Positions 19,958 to 29,200 of a DNA stretch of 64,000 nt are shown in pieces; the stretch's first letter is position 1, and every line of letters starts with the position of its first letter. A program made the position numbers and the translations under genes. The notes under the pieces were generated by a model, which saw nothing but the letters and a program-made list of their open reading frames with translations, searched no databases and was not told where the DNA came from. The stretch covers positions 32,001 to 96,000 of the forward strand of contig JBCCEA010000009.1 of NCBI GenBank assembly GCA_039030515.1, written 5' to 3'. The DNA is from Myxococcota bacterium (GTDB lineage: Bacteria > Myxococcota_A > Polyangia > Polyangiales > Houyiibacteriaceae).

Positions 19958-22612
19958 ATGTCTGCTCTCGCTTCCCTCTTGGTCCGCGACCAGGTCGTCT
20001 CCATTCGTCAGATCGAATCGGCGATCCAAAGGCAAGCGGTGTTCGAAGGCGATTTGGACACCGCCCTGCTGGAAATGGATCTGATCTCCGAGCACACGAT
20101 GGGTGCCTATCGAGCGGCGCTCTTCGATGTGCTGCCGGCAACCCGCGAAGAAGTGATGGGCGTCGGTCGAGATGCGATACGTGTGGTTTCACAGGAAACC
20201 GTGCGCAAGTATCGCATTGTCCCGCTTCGTGCGGAAGACGGCACCTTAGTCGCGGCAGCGACTGCACCTCTACGACCTGAGATTCGCCAGCAGCTTGAGA
20301 GCGAATGCGGCTACTACGTCGTCATTCGGGTGGTGCCTGAGGTGCGTTTGGCCGCCGGTCTTGCCCACCATTACGGCGTCGACATGGCACCGAGGATGAG
20401 ACGGCTCACCGAAAAACTAAGGCAAGCCGATCCCGGCCCTATGCCCTACGTGAAACCTCCAGCAGAGCTGAATCACATCTCCCAGAGCCCATTCAAAGTA
20501 AGCGCTCCCCTTGATCCAGGCTCAAAACCGGACGCGATTTCAAGCTCTGCCGGCAAATCCGACCTGACCCAAACGTCTCAGGACGCGAATTCGGGAGCAG
20601 ACACCGGATCGCATCGCACTCAAGCCGAGCCCGTGCGATCACTGCCCGCACTAGGTCTTCAAAACACAGGTCTTCAAAACACAGGTCTTCAAAAGACGAC
20701 CTCCGAGATAAGCGCCCGCAAGCTGCGAGGCCCGCTCCTCGGCAAGCGCGCCGCCAAACTACTGGAGAGCGCCCAGAGTACAAACGAAATACTGGAAGTG
20801 CTCTTCGTATACGCCCGGCAGTTCTTTGACTACACCGCGCTTTTTCTGGTGCGCGACGGCGAAGCGGAGGGCCAACTCGCTTTCGGACCGGGAGCCACCA
20901 CGGCGGAATTGAAACAACGATCCATATCGCTTCTCGGAACGAGCGTATTGTCCAAAGCACACACCAGTGGGAGTCCACAAATCGCGCGTAGTCGAGACGA
21001 ACTCGGAGCAGGCATTTCCGGCTCGCTCGGGCGTATCCACGCGAAGACGTCGGTCGTCGTGCCATTTTTAGTCCGGACGCGACCCGTAGTTCTGCTTTAC
21101 GGCGACCGAGGAGACGAGGTGTTTCAACTCTCCAATATCCCTGAACTCATGGGACTCAGCCCCTCGGTAGGCGAGGCTTTCGAACGCCTGATCCTGCAGA
21201 GAAAACTCGGCGCGAAACCTCCTGCTAAAGCGGATCGACCTCATCCAACGGTTCATGAATCGCCTAACGATGCTTCGGTGAGCGACTCCCCTAACGCGCC
21301 CAGCGCCCGGAGCACCGCTGCGCAGGAAACGGCAAACTCGAGCGACAACCTCGCAGAGGAGCCGAGCGAACCCCAAACACGTGGGAAGTGGCGCTACTCC
21401 GAGCCCCCGAGTACGGGTCGTCGCCGAAATGTGCTTGGACTCGGTTTCTCGGAGGAGAGCCACGGTCCTAGCGGCACGCCGAGCCCGGAAACCGAACCCC
21501 GTCTCTTCGACCAGCAGCGCCCCTTGCAGTTTGACATGCTTGGCGTCCCAAGAAGCGCGCCGCCGCCACCCGAGGCCACCACCGAAGCACCTCGAGAGTC
21601 CGAACCGGCAACTGAGAGCCTGAAAGCCGCTGCAACGGCGGAGCCGGAGGTGCCAGAGGGTTCCGAAGACATCGAAATATCCAGCGCCGAATTGTCGCCT
21701 AGTCCAAACGAGGACCAACCGACGGTGATCGTGGACATGGGCGACGACGTGCACGCGCTGGTTGAGGAGCTGTCTACCGAACCCCGGGAACACAACTCTG
21801 AGTTGATCGACAGGGTGCTGCGCCTTGGGAAGATTGCACTGCCTATTCTGATTCAGAGATTCCCCGGGTCGATCTGGCTCGAAGAGTGGAGCGAAGAAGG
21901 CCATCTGCCGAAAGGAGAAGATATCTCGGCGATCAGCCGAGCGCTGGTTCGTTTCGGCGAGCCGGCGATACCCTACCTCATTTGCCGATTTGACGATCGC
22001 GATGACAAGGTGCGGTTTTACGCGACTCTACTTGCTTCGGCATTCCGCCACCCGAGTCTCGTGGCACCGCTAGGCAAGCGTGTATTCGACTCAAACCCGA
22101 ACACTCGGACTATTGCACTTCGGGTGCTGATTCGTTCAAAACGCTTCTCCACAGAATTCGAAGAAGTCTTGCGGGGTATCCGCGCTGCTGCACGATTGCC
22201 CCGCAAAGATATCGAGCTGCGCACAGTTGCCGTTCAGGCACTTGTGACGCTGAGGGACTCCAGATCGACTGCGACCTTGATCGAACTCCTGAGCGAAAAA
22301 GATGAACCCCTCACCACATCTGTGCATGCGGCCTTGAGAACCCTGACCCGTCAGGACTTTGGATATTCAGCGCCTCGCTGGCAAGCCTGGGCAGAGCAGC
22401 ATGGGGCAAAGCACCGCATCGAATGGCTGATCGATGCGCTGACTCATGAAGACGAAACGCTTCGCGCACAGGCAGCGAACGAACTCAAAACGTCGACTCA
22501 AAAATACTTCGGCTATCATCCGAGCCTGACCAAACGAGAGCGCGAAGTCTGCCAGAGAAAGTACCGCTCGTGGTGGGAAGCCGGAGGACGCATAGGCCAC
22601 AAAGGCACCTAG
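19958..22612 (+). CDS. Multidomain protein: GspE/PilB N-terminal-like domain, GAF-like domain, disordered linker, HEAT repeats
   Basis: LASLLVRDQVVS...LDTALLEMDLI, VRKYRIVPL; VVPFLVRTRPVVLLYGD; helical repeats with DDKVRFYA, ELRTVAVQAL, LRAQAANEL. Confidence 0.7.
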   Translation: MSALASLLVRDQVVSIRQIESAIQRQAVFEGDLDTALLEMDLISEHTMGAYRAALFDVLPATREEVMGVGRDAIRVVSQETVRKYRIVPLRAEDGTLVAAATAPLRPEIRQQLESECGYYVVIRVVPEVRLAAGLAHHYGVDMAPRMRRLTEKLRQADPGPMPYVKPPAELNHISQSPFKVSAPLDPGSKPDAISSSAGKSDLTQTSQDANSGADTGSHRTQAEPVRSLPALGLQNTGLQNTGLQKTTSEISARKLRGPLLGKRAAKLLESAQSTNEILEVLFVYARQFFDYTALFLVRDGEAEGQLAFGPGATTAELKQRSISLLGTSVLSKAHTSGSPQIARSRDELGAGISGSLGRIHAKTSVVVPFLVRTRPVVLLYGDRGDEVFQLSNIPELMGLSPSVGEAFERLILQRKLGAKPPAKADRPHPTVHESPNDASVSDSPNAPSARSTAAQETANSSDNLAEEPSEPQTRGKWRYSEPPSTGRRRNVLGLGFSEESHGPSGTPSPETEPRLFDQQRPLQFDMLGVPRSAPPPPEATTEAPRESEPATESLKAAATAEPEVPEGSEDIEISSAELSPSPNEDQPTVIVDMGDDVHALVEELSTEPREHNSELIDRVLRLGKIALPILIQRFPGSIWLEEWSEEGHLPKGEDISAISRALVRFGEPAIPYLICRFDDRDDKVRFYATLLASAFRHPSLVAPLGKRVFDSNPNTRTIALRVLIRSKRFSTEFEEVLRGIRAAARLPRKDIELRTVAVQALVTLRDSRSTATLIELLSEKDEPLTTSVHAALRTLTRQDFGYSAPRWQAWAEQHGAKHRIEWLIDALTHEDETLRAQAANELKTSTQKYFGYHPSLTKREREVCQRKYRSWWEAGGRIGHKGT
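20653..20694. repeat. In-frame 15-bp tandem repeat (about 3 copies, GLQNT)
   Basis: aggtcttcaaaacac twice plus aggtcttcaaaa. Confidence 0.9.
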
Positions 22613-22877
22613 ACCCGCCACAGTCCAATTCACTCGCGCGTGTCCGAAAACCTTAGTGACAAGAAGCGCAGCGCCGACCCCTGATGGAACCTACCTCCTC
22701 GACTCTCCGCTGTGTACAACAGCATGACTTGCAACCATGGTCGATGGTCTGCATGTGTGGGGCAAGCGACGACTCACGCAAAGGGAATCGAAGCAGCTCC
22801 TCCAGCAAAGGATGACGGCGTTCTGTGTACAACAATTTACGCTGAATAAGAGAAAACAAGAAAACAGGAGCGGAGCC

Positions 22878-23621
22878 ATGAATCGTTTTGAGAATCGATC
22901 GTACCTGATGACGGGTGGCAGCAGTGGCATCGGGCTGGCAACAGCAAAACGGCTCGTCGCCGAGGGGGCACGGGTCGCAATCACCGGTCTCAGCAAAGAA
23001 AGACTCGATGCGGCACAGAAGGAACTCGGTGTGCTTACCCTAGTCAATGATGCCGGAAGTGCAGAGGCGGCGCAGGCTCTTGGGCAATGGGCTCATGCGG
23101 AGCTCGGTCAGCTCGACGGCGCCTTCTTAAACGCAGGATTTGGCCGGGTCGTTCCTCTAGATTCGATCACCGCAAAAGAATTCGACGATCAGTTTTCGGT
23201 CAACGTTCGAGGTCCGCTCCTACACGTGAAGGCCATCAAACCCATCCTGAAAGACGGGGCGTCCATCGTGCTCAATACCTCCATCGCACAAAACATGGGC
23301 ATGGCTGGCATGGCGATCTACAGCGCAACCAAGGGCGCGCTCCGCACCGCGACTCGCGTTTTGGCAAGAGAGCTCTCGGAACGGAGTATCCGCGTGAATG
23401 CGGTGAGCCCCGGCCCTATCGAAACCAATTTCTTTGGGCGCACGGGACTCTCGCCAGACGCGATCGAAGGTTTTGCTCAGCAGATCATGTCGCAGGTGCC
23501 GCTGGGCCGCTTCGGACGTGCAGAAGAAGTAGCGTCGGTAGCGGCCTTCTTACTATCCGATGATGCATCCTTTGTGACGGGATCGGAATACGTTGTCGAC
23601 GGAGGAATGTCGGAGCTCTAG
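22878..23621 (+). CDS. Short-chain dehydrogenase/reductase (SDR)
   Basis: TGGSSGIG, LNAG, YSATK, IRVNAVSPGPIET, VTGSEYVVDGG; GGAG RBS before ATG 22878. Confidence 0.95.
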   Translation: MNRFENRSYLMTGGSSGIGLATAKRLVAEGARVAITGLSKERLDAAQKELGVLTLVNDAGSAEAAQALGQWAHAELGQLDGAFLNAGFGRVVPLDSITAKEFDDQFSVNVRGPLLHVKAIKPILKDGASIVLNTSIAQNMGMAGMAIYSATKGALRTATRVLARELSERSIRVNAVSPGPIETNFFGRTGLSPDAIEGFAQQIMSQVPLGRFGRAEEVASVAAFLLSDDASFVTGSEYVVDGGMSEL

Positions 23622-24251
23622 TGCATAGAATACACCGATGAAGTCACGGATAAATAAGCAAAGAACTGCGATATTTGTGAGAGCCCGCGAACTTGGACGC
23701 GCGACTGGTCGTGATTTGGCTATCGAAGCCGAGTAGTCCGCTCCCGTGGGCCTTGCCTATAAAGGCCTCTACCGAAATTCTGATTTGAAGCGCGTCTAGC
23801 CAGCAAGGCAATGAAGTACGCACCGAGGAGCGAGGCGAGTAGACAGAACCCATGTGCAGCCGCCGGCGCCAAGGCGGATGCCGGAGAAGCTTTTCTTGCG
23901 GCTCTTGGCAACGCCGGTGGCGTAGGGGGAAGCGGATTCTCCAACACATTCCGCGTCCAGTGCCGGATCTGCCATTTCGGGTCATACGCGGATTCCGGTA
24001 GCGGCACGAGGCACGCATCATTTCAAGGTAAGTTAAAGGTAGGTTAGGTGCCGCAAAGCTCAATTCACGTGACAGAGTCGTTTTCGTCTGAACCGTCGAA
24101 GAACTCTTCAACACCCTCGTAGTCGAGAGGCATCAGCTAGAGCGCTTGTCTGTTACTCTCGATCAGTCTCGGGTTTGATCGTTCGCGAAAAGACCGTTCC
24201 GAGTGGTTCAACGTTGGCTTTGGTTTCGATGAGCTTCCAGGGATACTGCGC

Positions 24252-26000
24252 TCATCTCGAGACTTCTTCGCTATGCAGCCAGCTAATGTCGTACGTGGTG
24301 CTGTCGTCGCCGAATGCGGTGCAGCTGATCAATGCCACTTCGACGTCCTTCCCCCCTGCTTGTTGCAGTGCGCTTTCAATAAGTCCAAGCAGCAACACCG
24401 AGGTCACGAGCGCGGCCTTTCCTGAACCCTCCAGCTGGAGTCTAGCGTAGCCTGAACCGATAAGCTCTATAGTGAGTCCGATTCCACGAAAGAGAACACT
24501 TAGAATGCTCGGCAATTGTTCCAGCATATTCTGCGGAAACTGAGGACTCTCTTCTACTAAAAGCGCAGCAGCGGCGGCGCGTCCACATTCGACAACCAGA
24601 CGTAGGTCGTCACGTCCCAGCTGCTGATCCACAAGCGTCATAAATCTTTGCACGACCTCAAAATCCACCCAGGAATCCGCCGTGACACCGCCTTGAAATA
24701 CAGCCCGACTCTCCTCAGGAAGCGTATCGAGAACTTTCTTCAGAGCAAGCGCACCAAACGTACCAGCAACGAAACGCAATATCGGTAAGACTAGAGCTCC
24801 ACTGCATTTGAATATTGGAAGAACCGATTCGCCTGCGAGATTCAGCGCAACTTTGATCTGCGTATCCCCCCCGAGCGGACCTGGATCTTCTGCGTTGATC
24901 TCTCCATCGACCGAAGCCTGTGCCGGAACACTCGAAAAAGAGACGATGGTGTCTGCACCTAAAAAAACATCTTGATCCGCCGTGTGGTCAGAATGTGCGT
25001 TCGCACGCGCTTGAATATGGAGCAGGTCCATCGAGAAACTATCGCTCACCGGCTCGTCCTCAGGCACGCTCAGTCCTCCGAAAGGAACCAGCGCCCTTGC
25101 AAAATCCTCAGCATTGACAAAGCGGTCTTCTCTTTGCTTGGCAAGTGCACGCATCACCGCATCCTCCAAAGCTTGAGGAACATCGCTTCGAAAGTCTCGG
25201 AGTGGGGCCGGCGGATCTTTTTTTACCTTACGCGCAAGTTCGGCAAATGTAGATGCCTCAAACGGTCGACGGCCGCAAAGCATCTCGTAAATAATGACCC
25301 CCATAGAGTAGACATCGAGACGAGGATCTCGGCGATCGTCCCCGCGGAGTCTCTCGGGCGCGGCATATGCGGGAGTTCCCACTAGGGTTCGCTCGGGGGT
25401 TAGTGTCCTGTCGGTATCGTCAAATCGTTGTGTCGGTATGAGAAGCGCCGCAAAGCCAAAATCGAGAATTTTTACAAAGTCTGAATCACGTAAGTAAGAA
25501 CAGAGCATCAGATTTCCTGGTTTCAGATCTCGATGCAGAATTCCACGTCCATGAGCGGCCGCGAGACCCGCCAGCGCATGGGTCGCGATACGGCATACCC
25601 GCTCCACGGGAATCGGCCCGTCGAGCGCGATCGCACGGGAAAGCGGGTGGCCGCGAAGGTATTCCATCACCAGAAAAGGAGCGTGATCCATCGTGCCAAA
25701 ATCGAGAATCTCGATAATGTTTGGATGACCGATCGAGGCGGCCGTACGGGCTTCCCGCTCGAACCGCTCTACGGCAGAAGGATTGGATCGCACGACGTGA
25801 GGATGCAGAACCTTGATCGCAACGAAACGACGAAGGACTCGATCTGCCGCCTTATACACGCTCCCCATCCCCCCAATGCCCAAAGGCCGAACAAGATGAT
25901 ATCGCCCCTGAACCACTGTTCCGACAAGTCGTGCATCACGCCTGAGCAACCGATTTGAACGATAGGCCGCATCACTCCGTCTGCTGCTGTCGCCAGCCAT
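24252..26000 (-). CDS. Ser/Thr protein kinase with C-terminal DUF2378-like domain
   Basis: GIGGMGSVY, VAIK, HRDLKPGN, DFG, GTPAYAAPE; C-terminal FGALALKKVLDTLPEE...DSWVDF...ECGRAAA. Confidence 0.92.
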   Translation of the reverse strand: MAGDSSRRSDAAYRSNRLLRRDARLVGTVVQGRYHLVRPLGIGGMGSVYKAADRVLRRFVAIKVLHPHVVRSNPSAVERFEREARTAASIGHPNIIEILDFGTMDHAPFLVMEYLRGHPLSRAIALDGPIPVERVCRIATHALAGLAAAHGRGILHRDLKPGNLMLCSYLRDSDFVKILDFGFAALLIPTQRFDDTDRTLTPERTLVGTPAYAAPERLRGDDRRDPRLDVYSMGVIIYEMLCGRRPFEASTFAELARKVKKDPPAPLRDFRSDVPQALEDAVMRALAKQREDRFVNAEDFARALVPFGGLSVPEDEPVSDSFSMDLLHIQARANAHSDHTADQDVFLGADTIVSFSSVPAQASVDGEINAEDPGPLGGDTQIKVALNLAGESVLPIFKCSGALVLPILRFVAGTFGALALKKVLDTLPEESRAVFQGGVTADSWVDFEVVQRFMTLVDQQLGRDDLRLVVECGRAAAAALLVEESPQFPQNMLEQLPSILSVLFRGIGLTIELIGSGYARLQLEGSGKAALVTSVLLLGLIESALQQAGGKDVEVALISCTAFGDDSTTYDISWLHSEEVSR

Positions 26001-26242
26001 GTCGTCGAGAATAGTCGACCCTAGTGCTCAGTCCCAGACGTAATCACGCAAAACCAAGGCTAAGGAGTTGAAAATCAAGGTACTTTCGTGAATCCACCGG
26101 AGATTCTTCAGCTAGATCGTCATTTGGGTGGTGCTTTAGCCCTATTTTGTATCATCGTTCTAGGGTGGAAGATGAGAGGGACACTGGGGATTTCGTAAGC
26201 AAGAGTTCCACGAAGATCATCAGTAGACATCGAACATCCAAG

Positions 26243-29200
26243 ATGCACTCAAACAGTGTTCGACCGCCGCCGCCGCCACCCCAAGTAGTGAGAAGTAAGA
26301 AAAAACTGGAGACTCGAGCTCGGACTACCGTCGAGCACGATGAGGCGACGATTCTCGGAGGACCAAAAGAGCTTCTTTCTTTATGCGAGACAGAGCTCGC
26401 TTCCGGACCGAGCGATCTTCGTGCGGCAAGACTTCACTACGAGATCGCCTGGTTTTATGAAACTCAAACGAAGGAGGTAAGTCGAGCGACTGAGCACTAC
26501 CTTGCGGCGACAGAACGAGACCCAGAAAGCATCCGTAGTCTTCAGGGGGCCCGTCGCTGTTTGCAGGCCCTCGGCAGATTCCCCGAAGCGGCAAGCACCC
26601 TGGTTCAAGAAATAGAGCTGACCCGCAACGCGTGCGATCGAGCCCGACTCTTTTACGAACACGGCCGTCTGTTGGAAGACAACATCGATGCGCCAGAAGA
26701 CGCCAAACAGGCGTACCTCAAGGGCCTGATGTTCGAACCGAGCAACGAAAACCTGCTCAAGGCGGTCGAAAGCTGGCAGCGACGCTTTGGCGAATGGGCC
26801 GCACTCGAAAAGACCTACGAACGAATGGACACGGTGCTCGATGGAGACCCAAAGCACCAAGCCGCACTCCTCGCTGAGCGTGCGCGCATCGCAGAGCACG
26901 ACGCCAAGGACCCCACTCGGGCTGCAGAGCTATACGAGGCCGCTCTGGAGCTGAACCCTGATGTTTCAGGAGCGTTTATTGCACTGCGAAGGCTTCATCA
27001 CGCCAGCGGGCGGTGGCGCGATCTGGTGCGGCTTTTGGACCGTGAAGTTCGAGTCTGTGATCTGCCCGAGAACCGAACCGCGATCATGCTCGAACAGTCC
27101 CGGTACCTTGAAGAAAAACTGGGTGATTTAAGCAGAGCCGTCAACTCCGCCGAGCGCGCCCGAGTTGAATCTCCGAGTCATCTTGGCGCCCTGAGACGAT
27201 TGACCACGCTTTATGCCAAGTTAGGTCGGCATTCCGATCTTGTCGGGATATTGGAGGAACTGACTACACACCGGATTCCAGAGGCAAAAACCTCATTACC
27301 GCTGCAAATTGCTCGGACTTACGAAGGCCCACTTTCTGACACCAGCAAAGCGAGAACATGGTACGAGACCGCTCTTCAACACAACCCCGGCCTGCAGGCA
27401 GCCACCGCCGCGCTGAGCAGCATATACCGCAACTCCAAAAGCTGGACCGCTTTGATCGATATGGAGTCCGCAATCGTCAATTCGGACTCCGCCACCGTAC
27501 TCGAACGAGCGAGAAGCCATGCTTCCATCGCTGGAGTCTCCGAATTCGAGCTAAATCGAAAAGACGAGGCTATCGAGCACCACCGGTCCGCGGTAGCGCT
27601 GTTCCCAGGATTTGAGCCTTCATTTTCAGCACTCTGTCGTCTTCTTGCAACGTCCGCGCAGTTCAGAGCGCTTATCGAACTCTATGAGCAAGAGATCGAT
27701 CGCAGCGAAGGTAGCGAGAATAGGATATCCTATTTGTTTCGCATCGGGCTCCTTTATGAGGACCGACTCAACGATCCAAACGCAGCAAGCCATTGCTACG
27801 CAAGGGTGCTCCGGATCAAACAAGATCATCGCGGTGCAATGCAGTCTATGGCTCGATCTTCAGCGAGCGCGCAGGACTGGCAAACGCACGTCAAAGCGCT
27901 CGATCTTGAAGCTGCGATCGAAGAGCAAATCACGCGCAAGGTGCGCCTGGAGACACGCGCCGCCGAGGTGACCTACGAAAAATTAAATGACGTGCATGGT
28001 GCCCTCGGTCGACTCGTCGCGATCCGAAGAGCCGCACCCAAGGATGAGCTTGTTCTCAATTTACTCGGCACCCTTCTTTATGAAACCGGTCGATGGCGAG
28101 ACTTCGTGGAGGTTCGAGGCGCCCAAAGGGAGCTCGTAGAGCCCGGTGAGGCTTGGGTCAAACTCAGCCTGGAAATGGCTGCCGCATCGGAGCAGCTTGC
28201 CGAAAACGAACGCGCGCTTGAGTTGTATCTAGAGGCGCTCACGGTATCGCCAACCAATACGGAGGGTTTACGCTGCACCGCGAGACTGCTCGAAGCCAAG
28301 GGGGCGTTTGAGCAGTTGGCCAAGGTTTTTGAGCAGCAACGAAACGTCACCACGGCCGAGTGCGGCCGAGTCGAGCTCTCCCTGCAGCTCGGCCGAATTT
28401 GGGAAGAGCATCTCTCCGACAAGAAAACCGCGCTGTACTGGTATGGTAAAGCTCTTGAGGACGAGCCTACGTCGAGGGAAGCCTTGGGCGCCCAAGCCCG
28501 GGTGCTTGCGACCGAGGGAACTCGCAACAAACTTGCAAGTTCCCTGATCGAACAGTCCAAGCGAACCGAGGAGCAGACTCTAGCTCACGATGCCAGCTTG
28601 GCTGCAGGACACGTGCTCGTTTCAGAGATTGGGGCAAAGGATCGCGCGATTCAGTGTTTCCGGGGCATGCTCTCCAAAACGCCAAACCATATCGGTGCAC
28701 TCATCGCGCTAGAGGGGCTCTATTTGGCGAAGCAAAGCCCAGAGGACCTGGTCGAGATTTACCGCACTCAATACGAAGCGCTGGGTAGTGAGCCATCGAA
28801 GGTCGCAGTCCTAAGGCAGTGGGCCCGCTACGCAAAACAGAGCTCCAACCCGCAATCTCAGGCAGAGGCGCAGAGAGAACTGCTTAAGCTGTTGCCAAAC
28901 GACAGAGAGGCACTGGAGGCAAGTGTCGATTTTCAAAAGCAGAACGGAGACGAAAACGGCGCAATTCAGAGCAAGCGTGCACTCGCGCATACGGAGACCG
29001 ATCCGAGCCGATTGGTGCATCATCAGCTCGAGCTGGCCAGCATGCTGGAGACAAGCGATCCGAGAGGATCCCTAGCTGCTTATCAGAGTGCAATCCGCAC
29101 AGACCCTGAAAGTCTCAACGCCGTGCGCGGTCTAAGTCGGCTGGCTCAAATACTTTCACTTCCTGAATCATTGAGAGAGGCAGCTCAACTAGAAGCCAAA

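Noticed and set aside
23644..24114. Short ORFs between the SDR and kinase genes (including 23720-24007 minus, one hydrophobic stretch)
   Set aside because: No recognisable motif or clear RBS and competing frames; a small membrane protein cannot be excluded but is not supported.
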